Below are positions 48,136 through 60,976 of a stretch of 64,000 nt of DNA, in pieces. The notes beneath the pieces were generated by a model, which saw only the letters and a list, made by a program, of their open reading frames with translations, was not told the DNA's origin and ran no database searches. Made by a program: the position numbers and the translations under genes. The stretch spans positions 8,184,001 to 8,248,000 of the forward strand of contig OZ316775.1 of assembly GCA_973851085.1 (NCBI GenBank), in the 5' to 3' direction. Positions within the stretch are counted from its first letter, which is position 1; each line of letters opens with the position of its first letter. Source of the DNA: Ptychomitrium polyphyllum (lineage: Eukaryota).

Positions 48136-51100
48136 TTTCAATGACTTAATGATGCTCAGCTACAACACACAACACCCAAATCTGCACACAGCCTAACACA
48201 TTCACGTTTTGTCAATAATTTCGACAGCAATTTTCACTCTAAGGCTGCTTGTATGAGTCCATGCAAGCACGATCACAATATTGTAGAATTACTACTGTGC
48301 AAAAGGATCATGTACATCGTTGCTAGAGCATGTCTATCACGCTCTTTTTATAATTAAGCTTTTCATGACGTGTGGAAATACAGTACTTTCTACGAACTGC
48401 ATGGAACCGTCATGCTAAGTACCAATTTCCGTGGTCCTGTTGAACCAGATTACGTAGTGGCTAATCTCCGCCATTCTAAGATATAACTATTGTAAGCTAC
48501 TTCAAACCATTCAAGCGCAGGATAAGAAACACTTAGAGCGTCAGAATCCTGAGCCAACAACTATGATTCACTACGATGTCCAGGATTTTAAAACTAAAGA
48601 GGATCGTAGTCAAGAGTGTCCACTTGGAGCTCATGAAAAAGGTTGATTGTTGACGCAAGTATCCAAAATGCCATATTTGTTAAATTAGCCAATCCCCATA
48701 TTTTCCAATGTTAAGTTGCCACCTTCACACTATGTTTAGCGGGTAAAACAAGGATTGACCAGTTTAACAAATATAGTGTTCTAAGATTTCTTCAAAATTT
48801 CTACTCAAGACTAGCACAGAGAGTTGTGTCCTTCGTGTCTCGTACAGACGTTCACTACGAAAACCCTCTGTCAAGGGACTACGGAAAATTGGATAGAGCA
48901 GAGTACCAGGAAAAGAGAAATTTCTAGTTCAAGAAAGAGCACTTTACGGTACCTAGCTTGTTGCGATCGGCGCATGCTCCCTAGCTTCAAGATCTGCGAT
49001 TGCTAATCAAATTTTTGATAAATCCTCCAAATGCTCTTTGATTATTCTCGAACAACCTTGAAGTGGCCGCTAGATAGGGCAACCACAGAGTCTTCATACG
49101 TCACAAAATCTGTATTCCGAGAAGTAACTACAGAGAAGCTCCTGTTCCAAGTCGAACGAAAAACGATCTCCATAAAAATTCGGCGGTCCAGCCTGTCTGT
49201 GCACATACTACGAACAACTTCCCACGATGACCGAATTCTGAACTTCCTGCATCAACACCAACTAGAGTCCACGGAAGCGAAGAATTCTGCTCAAGCTTCT
49301 CAGACGATTTGTGATTACCGGTATACCTAGATAGCTAGTTCTCATGCTATTTCCACCTCATCGCATCAAGTATTTTCCATTCCATCATCACCTAGAATTT
49401 GACTAACAAAACTAGATCCAAGGTGTTGATCGAAGCTAGCAACCAAACTCTGAGATTATCATGATCAACTGAAAACCTCAAGAGATACAAACCAAGAGAC
49501 CGATTTGATAAAGTGGTAGTATAGCGACCGGCCTCTAGAACAGCATGCGTAATTCTTGAAACTTGACAATACCTTCCTCGCACTCCCCTCCACTGTCACA
49601 TGCACACCACCGTGTACACTCCAAGTGAGCTGCTTCCCAGAGAGAACATAGCAGCTAGAGTAGTAACATCCACATGAAACCAGGATGCGGAGGAGCTCGC
49701 TGTGACCGTCCGATCTTGCGCTCCACCAATTTTCCGCCAAGGGAGAAAACCTTTTCTACTCTCATGCCTGCCAGAATTTGCTATTTTGAGTAAAGTCCTA
49801 TCATTGTTTGTCAGAAACTGCTGATTACAAGGTACTTGCTAGTGGCAGCAGCTTTTACTCTTTTCATTTTCTACGCATTTAAATAACATCGAAAGAGATC
49901 ATATATTTTTGCAGCATGAGAAATAGTTTTCACCTAACCAAATCACCATTTTAATGTACTCTGTCGAGGGAAAATGGGTGAGCAGGTGACCTCCCATTGG
50001 CACTCGGCCCATCTCGTAGGGCTGTTGTGATTAGTAAGGGAATCTGTTCGGGACAAGCATTTGTGCTAGCATAGAGGCCCTCTGGTGGGTGCAATGAATT
50101 GTCATTGACAGTGATGGGCAAAGTGTGTGCCTGGTGTGCAGTGGGCATTCTGTGTACTTTCTCCATAAAATTGGAGGAAGATTTGTTTTAGGGCAGCTTT
50201 CCATGTGCTAGTCAAACACAATCTTGAACCATCATGCAGTTGCATTCACACCAGACTGGCTTTAGGAATGCTTTAGGATGGTTACTGTGTTTGCCAAAAT
50301 ACAAAGCACAAAGGGAACCTGTCCAGAAAGATTTAATTCATTGATAGTGAAGGAGCTCCAAACAGTGGCTGAGTTTCCTCATGTGAGGAAGCAGAGAGGC
50401 TTCATGCAGTATGGTGGATACTAGGTGCTTAGAGAATCTGAGAGAACTGATAACAGGGGTGGGGGGGGGGGTTGCCCAATTCATGAGTAGGTTCTTCACA
50501 GAAAGGAATAAACCATTCCAAACGGCCCAGCAATGTGTTCCTGCCATTAGCCTCACTGTAATAAATCATTTTTTTCTTCTTTGAAAGCCTTACTGCTGTA
50601 AATCAGTTAGCACGTATCTCTTTTCTACTTTTGGAATCAAGTGAAAACCACTTCATTGAAAAGACTTACTACATGATTTTCAAAGAAGAACTCTGTGCTC
50701 CTTTTTCCCCAAGCCTATGATATTTTAGTACCCATTACTGTAGCATGATGTTTGACATGCAGAGCAACACATAGGCTCTCCTAGATTCCAGAAAGGACGC
50801 TTGAGAAGGAGGAATTTTCCAACTGGCATAAGGGGGATGGAGGCCCCATGGCCTGCTTGGACACAGGAGGCTGTGCACTGCCTAATGCCATTCTTATTTC
50901 ATAGCATGATTGCTGACTCATCCCCAACAACCACTTTGAACTTTTGACCAAGCTCTTGGTGTGGACTGCTTGGTTTGTTTCAGTGTTGGTTGTGCAAGGG
51001 CACTTTGAGTGATGGAATATGGAAACATGCATGCAACTGCCAGTGAGGTGAGACATCACACCCCACTACAAATATGTAAGGAGAATGTTGACTAGTCTGA

Positions 51101-54100
51101 ACTTAGTACAGTAATTATTGGAAAACCTACAGCACACTTTTGGCTAATAGTGCCACAAATGATAACTTCCTTTTTGAGCCTGTAATATTTCATGCAAAAC
51201 GTGTATTTTTACCAAGGGCAAAAACGTTAAAACAACTCATGTTGAATGAACTTCACATATTCATTTTGCATAGAAAGTCAAAACGTTTTGTATAGATTAG
51301 TATTTGTGGCATTGTTGGCCAATTTCTAAGATCAATTGATTTTGATGAAGGATGATGTTGTTTGGGCTCATGTACAAGTGTGGTATACTTTCTTCCATCT
51401 AAAGGCAGTATCTTTATGATTTGATCCACATGATAATAAAAGAATAGAAACTTAATTTGGACTAATTCTTCAGATAAAATATAAATTTGTTTTTTCTTCA
51501 TGAAATAATTTAAGAATCAAATTAAGAGCTTATTGAATTATGCATGATATATATAATCATCATTTAGATATTTCAGTAGATATTGTAGATTCTAAATGAT
51601 ATTCATTGGATTTATTTTATTTTAACATTAGCAAAATCAAGAATTATTGATTTGATATAAGTTTCTATGAAGAAAGGTAACATTTTCTAAAAACACATCA
51701 ATTTTAATAAACAAGAAAGAAATTATTAAAAATTCATTATCTTAATTAACCAAATGATACATAGTTTGAAGCTTGGTGCTTTTTACCAATTAGTTATTTT
51801 TTGTAATGTAGATGATTTTTTTCAAATTTTAGTTTGTTTAAACTATTACAAACAATTTGTAGATTTTAAATATTGCTTAAGAAATTCTAGACATTCCAAT
51901 CTTATTATCATGTATATTCATAAAAATATTAGTTTTAATGTTAAAAAAATATTTTTGATAAATATAAAATAAAAATATTTATAAATCTACTTTCAGCCTC
52001 TTTGTCAATTTGAACTTTCAATTGTGTTGAGTTATATTATAATTGATTGGACCTATATAATCTACATTTATTAATATCCATTTATACAATAGTTGCAATT
52101 TTTTATTAGATATTTGTAAAACAATACTTTTTAGTTCTAATCACTTTTTAGACTTCAACACATGATAAATGACATTTGAATTTCATTTTGTTATATTTTT
52201 GAAAACATGGAATATATACATTATCTAATAGTGAAGAAATCTAAGAAAATCATGTTTTATTTGGATGAAATGGAGAACCATATAGGAACTTGTAAGAATT
52301 AATCTTTATTCTTTGAAAACTATGTTTAACACTATATTAGCTTGTTAATATAATATTTTTGGTATTTTTAAACTTATTACAGAAATAAAGTATAGTTGAT
52401 TACTAAATTTATTTTATAAGTTTTGTTCAAAGACTATAATATTGTATATAAATACATTATAAATAGGTATCTTAAAAGAAACATGTAAAAGAAAGGATAT
52501 TAATTTATGAACTAAATTAATAAAAATTCCATAATATTTTTTTATTTGGAATTTCATTTTTTGTTTTTTTATTTGTTTTTTAAACTTACAGCTAACCTCT
52601 TAAAAGTAGGAATTTTTTTTTTATATATATTAAGCTTAGATGAAATTAAAAGTGTAGATTATGATCAAATAAAGTTATGTTTTATTTTTATAAAAAAATT
52701 ACATTTATTATTTAATAGACTTTTGAATAGGTGTCTAAAGAACCAAAGTTTAAATGTTATAGAATTAATCGAATTTGCATTAGATGAAGTTGTTAATTTC
52801 AAAATCTAAATTTATTTTACAAAAATACTAAAACTTGTGTTTTATTATAATCTCATCTTTAACTCTAAAGGATTCAAATAAAATACTAAAGGCTTACAAA
52901 TGTTATAGTAGCACTACTAACATATACATGTAGTGATTGCAAATTTTCATAAATTGATACTTAAAGGTCAAAATTTTAATGCATTTAATACTTTTAGCAT
53001 AATTTAAGCTATTCTTTTTATTCATCTATCATCTATAGTGAATGTGCAATTATGGCTACAATGTAAATAAAAAGATGCAGAAAAATTATTTTAAAAAATT
53101 TAATTCATTTAATAAAATTCTATAGTTTTTGTAGACGAAATTTAAAAAAGAAAAATTTAAAGATTGTATTTTTTTATTTATTTACATTGAAAAATATATA
53201 TATTACACTTAGTCAACTGTAAATATCATGAAATATTCAAAAACATAAATTGATTACAACAGACATTTTTAATAATTTTAATAGGTATTATAAAATAATA
53301 TAATTATTTTACATGGTTAAATTCATGAAAAGATTATTCTATTCTATTGAAATTATGGTTTTAGATAGCAAATATTGCCATTATTTGGCTAATGTTTGTC
53401 ATGCTAAAAATTGAAGCCATAGCTTCACTGGTACAAAGACATCTCACTATGAATTTGGCAATCTTGAATTTATAAGGTTTTAATTTGATAATGTGAATTT
53501 AGATAAAAACCTTTTATGAATTTTTTTATGTATGTGCATTGAAAAGATAGTATTTTGAAAGCACATATATAAAAGAATATGTTTCAATTTAAAAGAACAT
53601 TTGTTTACAATTAAAAAGAATCCTGAGTTTATTTTGATGCATCTTATATATACAATTTTATATTAAACATTTATTGACGTTATGAAAAAATTAAATGTTT
53701 TTATAATTTTAAACTTCTATAAATAAATTTATTTTTTTTCTTTGAATTCATGTAGTTTCTAGAAATTCTAACAATGTCTTCTACTCTTATGGATTGATGA
53801 TTAAATTAATGTACATAATGCACATTTTAATAGACATCTATGTTTTTTGCTTAATTAATGAATTATTAGAATATATAGGAAATAGTCAAGTTGGCATTTT
53901 TAATAAAAATAGTATATACACTAAATTGCTTTTATCTTTGAAATATATCAATTGATACTTAGTCAACCTTTATAAACATCAAATGGTTAATAAGGTTCAT
54001 TTATCTTTACATAAGATAATAAAAAGCAAAAATAATATAAAGGCACCAACTTCCTACTACATCTACACTAATACAACTACCATTTAATTCATGCATTACA

Positions 54101-57100
54101 CAATTGGCCATGGCCTAGGGCACGTTTCCTTTTTCATTATTTAATTTCCATTCATTTCAAATAAACATAATTAATTACATCATAATTATGAAAATTTCAC
54201 AATTATATGGGATATTCCTTTATTATCCCTATGAATGAACCATCAATATATTCTTAAACCACCTTTATAATTATACTTTTCAAATGAACCTTATTAATAT
54301 TTGTAAAAACATCATTTGTAAAATTTTAATATGCCATTTGGCATTTTCACAAATACTGCATTATTCTCGTAAACTCATTCTTTTTGCTTCAAAAGGAAGA
54401 TGAATGATCTAAGATGAAAGCATAAAAACATGTGTACTAACTAAATGGGTGAAATTTATAGCATTAAAATATACATTCTAATTGTAAATATAATTGACAT
54501 AAAAAAGAAGGTGAGGTCACTTATGAAATTTCATCAAACAATTTGCTAGTTCTTCACTAACCTCTATGAGCATCTCTTCAAGAGTTCTCCATTACCTGAA
54601 AATACAATTCCATTGTTGAAAATTTGTTCCATTAACAATTGAGGCGCTTGGTGTGCCAAGCCACTAAACTACACTCATCCCCTTCATGCATTCACTGCCA
54701 CTTGCTCCCACTGTCATTGTTGAATTCCCACTTTGGAATGAAGGTGCAGTGAGTTGCTTCAACTGCAGAAGCAACTGCAGAAGAATGCTATGTTGCCCTG
54801 GTCACCTTCATTCTCTGAAAATATGATATGTGCACACGCTTGTGCTATATTGAGTCTATTCAAGTTTGTGGTCAATAACAACACCAAGCCAGAGATGCCT
54901 TCTGGAACCAATGTGCACCAACGTGACGGACAGACGTCCTAACGCAACATCAAGAAAATGTGCTCAGTTTTGAGTTTCACGGAGTTTTGAAGAAGTCAAC
55001 ATGAATTAGTATGTAAGCAGATTGATTTTCATGCTGGTCTAGGTGAGTCATTTAGCAAATTAGGCGCAACTGAATCATGCACAGGCACACTGTTTTCTCT
55101 TCTCCTTCAACACGTAACTAAATGCTCCTCTCTGTTCTTGAACTTAAGACACTTCCTAGGTCGATGATGTGTTGACACAAATTGGAAAAATCGGGTTCTT
55201 GTGAAGCCTTATAGATTAGAGCAACGTAATCATCTCAATCTTGAGTCCATGATATGAGTGCTCATGGCCCCTATACTTTTGTGCGCAGGAGCAAGCATCT
55301 GAAGAAGAGGGAGGCATCTCATGACTGATGCTCTACGCCAAGAACCGCTTCAGGCCTTCATTGTTGATGGAAGTGGAGGTAGTCCGCAAGTTGGCTTTCA
55401 AGGCATCGAACTTGCTTTATTGTCGTATTATTTGAAATTATTCGTTTTTGAGGAGAGTTTAACGGAACAGAAGGGTGAACAGTCTCTTGAATCACGCCCA
55501 ACCTCTTAAAGAGGTCGGAGACGCAATCAAGTTGATTACTAATGTCTATCCCTATGCTAAATCATGTGAAACAACGTGGCAATTAGTAACTAACGGTTTT
55601 TGACAGGTAACTTGTATTCTTTCATCTTCCGTCCTCTAGTTGCAATTAAATGTGAGGTTGCATGACTACTGCAAGTGAGTCCATGCCAATTCAACGTGAA
55701 CATCAGAGCTTGTCTCTAGAGTTCTCAACTGGTGGAGTTGGATCTGTGTTACTATAAAGTATGGTATCATTGGAGGATATGAAACTTCTGGGCGTGTTCG
55801 TGAAGGAACTGTGACCAATGTTGGCTATGTGAGAGTTATCTGGAGAGGCTTTGTGAGAGTTCTTTGGCAATTAACTTCTGAGTTGGTGCCATGTAGCTTC
55901 TAAGTTGGTACCGTTCACTTGCTGCAAATTCTACATCTTAATCTATATTAGACTCAGGAATTTCGTTTACGAGGATGTAGGATACTTATGTCTCATCCAC
56001 CAAATTTCCAACTGTGAATGAAGTTTTCATGGAGGTATCTTGGACGATAGTATATTGAGCATGAAAGTTAGGGCAAGCGCCGATTATGTGTTCCTGGTAA
56101 GGTAAACTTTTTAAAGATGACCGAACTTCAACTAGCATTACCTTATTCCTCCAAAGCATGGGCTATCTACACCCGTATTCTACTGGCGTTACGTATAATG
56201 TCAATAGAGGTTCGGTTTTGTACTGCATGAAGATCCTCGCACGGCATCGTCCATCAGACCTAAAACGAATCCTTGACTAATGACAGAATCATGTGGTGCT
56301 TCTGACAGTTGTAAATCCAAAGGTACTTAGCTCTGCTTCTGGAGTTGCTGGATTCTGGAAGGCAGAGAGTACCAGCCGGTAGCCCTGTCATTTTTGACGT
56401 AAGGTTAGAATATGTGACGAATGCCGGGTAGTGACGCATACATTCCGCGTGCATTTCCTTACATCGATTGATAAGAATTGCACGGTTATAGTTATAGAGA
56501 ACGTTTATAACAACAGGATAATTAGCAAGTGAAGAGTAGAGATGGTAGTTCAGCTTTTGATTCACAACACGGCAATCCTATCTCAGAAATGAGGTCCGCC
56601 AGTTTGGTGTGATGGTAAAAAACCTTGCACGACGGGATTACGTTGTACTGTTACAATCTGTTGACTATGATAAAGCAAAATAAAGCTAGTCAGAGAACGA
56701 TCTATGTCGTATTTCGCTACACGATCATGCTCAAGCTAGGTACTCGCATTACGAATTCCTTTGAATCTATCATGCTTTTTTCCTCATTGATGTTTGGAGT
56801 AGACACGAAACTCATGCCTCTTCCAAGTTCATTTTCTAAAACTTCGGCTTGTTTTTACAACGCTCCACGTTAATCTTTTGCAAGTGATAGAAGGGCCTTT
56901 TCTATTGCTTCGCTTGAAATTCTCAAGCAGATATAAACTTGACGGGAAGGGTGGAATTGGGCCTCATCTCTGAACTTCGTAACTCTGTTGTCCTGTCATC
57001 TACAGTTCAAGAATTTCGATCAGGACTGATCCACCAAGTACTGTCACCGTTGAAAGTACTGTCACCTGTCGAAAGCCGCGAGAGTTTTGTACTGTTGTTG

Positions 57101-57197
57101 CAACCAGCTCCGCATGGGGAATATCAAATTAAAAGCAAATTTATGAATGGAGGGATAAGTGATCGGATGTTGAGAATCTCCACTCAAAAGTTGGTTC

Positions 57198-58902
57198 TCA
57201 AAGACTGACGGTTGGTCCTCGAGATCCGGTATCCATACCAATATGATAACCAATCAAAGTTTCGAAGTCCGAGTTCCCATGCTTGGTCATGTCAAACTTT
57301 TCGCCGTCGCCCCATAATGCATACGCTTCTTCCCCATGGGCGGCGTCATCTCCAACCACCAGAAGCTCCTGAGTCATGCGAAGTGGCACCACAAACCCGA
57401 TGACAATGACGATGATACTCGTCACCACCACGTTCCAACCAATGATGAAGAAAGCCCCAGCGATCTGTTTCCCAAATTGAGCACCTCCTACTCCGCCGTA
57501 GATTCCACCCTGCTCATCGGTGACGGACAGGAAATAGTTGCACAGCGTTGGCTCCGCAAACAAGCCTGTGAGAGATCCTCCCAAGAAGCCAGCTACAGCA
57601 TGGGTGTGAAACACGCCCAAAGTGTCGTCCACTCTTTGCAGAAGAGACCAGCGTTTGTGTACCACCATCATAGTGAACCACGGAATACTACCAGCACAAA
57701 TTCCCATCACTATCGCGGCCCAGCACTGCACCACACCTGCCAATCAACCCACCATAACTAAGTACTCAAAACACTTTGTATTAGTTCTGCATCAGAATCT
57801 CTCATAGATTTTTCAAACGCCGAAATCAGAATCTGTAATTTTGAAAAGCATCGATTGATTACCTGCAGCTGGAGTGATAACCACGAGCCCAGTAATCATG
57901 CCCTGCACAGCGCCAATTACCGACGGCTTTCCGAACACCATCACATCCATAATCGTCCACATAAGTAAGCTTGTCGAGGCGCACACATTTGTGTTCAGCA
58001 CAGCAAGGGCGGCATCGATGTTCGCCGAGTAAGGGTCACCTCCGTTGAACCCCGCCCACCCCAACCACAACAACCCAGCCCCCGCCAACATCAATAGCAC
58101 ATTGTTAGGCGGGAAACGCTCCCGGTCGCGATTCAACCTCGGCCCAACCTGCACCACCCACCCAACCATTTAATCTCATGAAATGATCAACTCCGATCCG
58201 CTAAATCAATCCACATCGAGGTGATGAATTCAAACTCTAACTCGAAGACGCAATGCGTACCCAGAAAGCTGCAACAAATCCGCCGACGCCGGAGGAGAGA
58301 TGGATGACATAGCCACCAGAGTAGTCAATGACGCCCCATTGGAACAGGAAACCTCCTCCCCAGAGGCTGAAGGCGCCCACTGTGTAGGAGAATGTGAGCC
58401 ACAAGGGGACGAAGAGCATCCACGCTCGGAAGTTCATTCTGCCGAGGAGAGATCCGGCGAGGAGGATGAGCGTGATGGCGGCGAAGACGAACTGAAAGTA
58501 CACCATGGTGGCCAAGGGGTACAGGGGCGCCAATGCTGCTGTTTCCAGGGTGCCATCTCTGTGGTAGTGCACTGTGGCGGGCAGGATGGCTTGGTCGAGG
58601 AGGAGGTAGTGGGTAAGGACAGGGCCGCCTTTGCCCCAGAACGGCAGGAGCTTGTCGCCAAACGACATCTTATATCCCCAGACCACCCAGCAGAGCAGGA
58701 CTGCGGCAAAGGCGTAGAAGGCCATGAAGGCCGAGTTGACAGCCCATTTCTTCTTCACGATGCTGCCGTAGAGGATCACGAGGCCGGGGACGGATTGTAG
58801 GCCCACGAGCGTGCCGGCTGTTAGTTGCCACGCGTTGTCTCCCTTGTTCAGCCAGTCGGGCGTCACTCCGCCCGTATTGTTGTACGCCGATGGAACCGAC
58901 AT
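57198..58902 (-). CDS. AMT2: AMT2/MEP-type ammonium transporter. Exons 58902-58261, 58148-57863, 57736-57198
   Basis: [87 protein letters not shown] and [19 protein letters not shown]. Two in-phase GT-AG introns. Confidence 0.96.
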
Positions 58903-60552
58903 TGCCTCGACCTCCTTCGAGCTACACTCTGCACACAAGCGTTCCGATGATCGTTGTGAATACTAAACATTGATCGAATTCGTCTGCAGTTGGTCACCGA
59001 GAAAGTGGTGCGCGTGCGTTTTTTTCACGCTTCTGGGGCAACGGGGTGACACTTCAGATTTCACGAACGAAATCTCTAGTACGCGTATCCGATCAAACCA
59101 ACTAGTGCTGGTTGCTTTGAAAAAAACGATCAGTTCAACCCTATGTGTTACTATTCGATTGACTGTACACATGGAGTTGTAGATAAACTAATATGGGATA
59201 CATGTGGTTGAAATGATAGTCTCCCGAACAAAATGGCTTTGCTAGAGATCAAACTCGATCTCAAGAATGGTGCCCATCATTGCGATCGATTGTTAACGGG
59301 TTGCTAAAGTACCTGGCTCTGTAACTATTCATCGGCGGGTAGTTAAATTAAGACAACTACTTGAATATCTGTTCGGTTGAACATTAAATTCAGTGGTTTC
59401 ATTCTGGGAGCCAACGCTGCATTGGAGCTTCTGCTAAGATCTGGGTCAATCCAACAACCTGCATAATGTCTGCATAGTATGTTCCTCAGGTTTAACACCA
59501 ACCTAGCAAACAGAAGACGAAACTTTCATGGGAAGATAATTTTCACTAATTCTATATGACAAGTGTTTCCGCAAGATGATTATCCGTCGCGTCAAAAAGC
59601 GTAACACAGAATGCACCTGCAAGAACTCTAGTCCATGGTTAATTCTTTGGGCTCTACATCGGAGACAAACTTGTTATTCCCCCTTTGCCACAAAATCTGA
59701 AGTTATCCCCGACTTGACCTACGAGCAAAAGAAGGTTATCAAACGCAACAAGAGCATCAAGACCTCCAACAGTGAGTACTATACCTCACTCCCAGTGTAA
59801 CAATGCACCCACATCGACACCCGAAAAACAATTATTAAGCTGGTTCACAGTATTACTTGTGCAGAAATAAGCCGATTCAACACCAAGATCTATCGCCAGA
59901 AAGCGCAAATGTACAGCACTCACCTCGGCAAACGCAAAACACATAAACGGTGTTACGAAGCTGTAGCATCGGCTGGCAGAGACGTCACTAGTAGAGCCAG
60001 CTGATCATGCAGGTGCGAACATCGCACGTCTCCCTACTGCCATTGCACAGCTCCGTCTCCTCTGTTCGAAGTGCTTTCTTTCAGTCGGAACCTCCCTCCG
60101 CTTGCAACAACGTCCAAACTGTCAATAAGAGCTAGCTGCATCGGAACTCCATTCCACTGCACACCATTTAGCGGTAGAAAGTTTATATTCCCCACTTTTA
60201 GCTCCTCCCCGGCTACGCCAAAGCAGTTTACTTTCGCCAAAGTTGTCGTTAGCGACTGAACAGGTCCCTCCTAGTCGCCTGTCGAGTCTAGATAGGTATA
60301 CTCACGTCTAAAATAGATGTTGAATTTTAATAGCAAATTCATCCAAAGACGTGCGATTCTGGAGAACAAATCTCCAACTTCTGTGGAGTTCTTGGGGAGA
60401 TTCAGTGGAGGTGGAGGCCCACAAGCTCTCAACAGCTATGTATGTTGTAGATCTAGGATTCTTATTCTAGCACTGTCGTTGGCAATTAGTTTCTCTATTA
60501 CACAATTGAACGCTTTATACTACTGCGAAAGGAAGGAACAATAGTCAATCCC

Positions 60553-60976
60553 TGTAATGGACCAGTCAAAGGTTTCCAATGGACCAGTCAAAGGTTTCCA
60601 ATGGACCAGTCAAAGGTTTCCAATGGACCAGTCAAAGGTTTCCAATTTTTGAGAGGATTTGCAAGTCGAAGACCAACAACACCAAAAAGCTCCTAGTTCT
60701 TTCCTTTGCTATATCCTAGTTCATTTATGATGAGTGTAGAGGTGCATTTATGATGTGAGGTAAATCCTCTATTTATCTAGCTATATTTAAAAGAATTGTA
60801 ACTAGTTTTAGAATTATAGGATTTGAAAGTTCATAGACAAATTCTTTTCATATATGTATAAATGTGTAAGAAAGTGTATAGAATAATTTAATACTAAGAC
60901 TTTATCAAAGGCTTATTAAGAATCTTATGAAATCTTAGCTTGTATTAAAGTTTTTTGTATCAAATGGACTGTGACA
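60553..60976 (-). mobile_element. Possible solo-LTR remnant upstream of AMT2
   Basis: TGTAA...TGACA termini and a cctctatttat segment like the TATA region of the other LTRs. No TSD. Confidence 0.35.
60556..60643. repeat. Tandem repeat, 4 exact copies of AATGGACCAGTCAAAGGTTTCC (22 bp)
   Basis: Read directly from the sequence; no spacers. Confidence 0.95.

Noticed and set aside
49900..51100. GC-richer non-coding island as a possible miRNA locus
   Set aside because: No match to the conserved plant miRNAs I recall and no convincing long hairpin; may be upstream regulatory DNA.
51200..54500. AT-rich tract with a Walker-B-like YILSLDE (ORF 52546-52809), suggesting a Helitron or giant-virus helicase relic
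   Set aside because: A single short motif in low-complexity DNA with no Walker A or other helicase motifs seen.
54640..54790. Short inverted repeats (TCACTGC/GCAGTGA; AGTTGCTTC/GAAGCAACT)
   Set aside because: Stems are too short for a miRNA precursor or MITE.
60556..60643. CRISPR-like or miR166-like repeat
   Set aside because: Units are contiguous with no spacers, there are no cas genes, the context is eukaryotic, and only a short GGACCAG core is shared with miR166.
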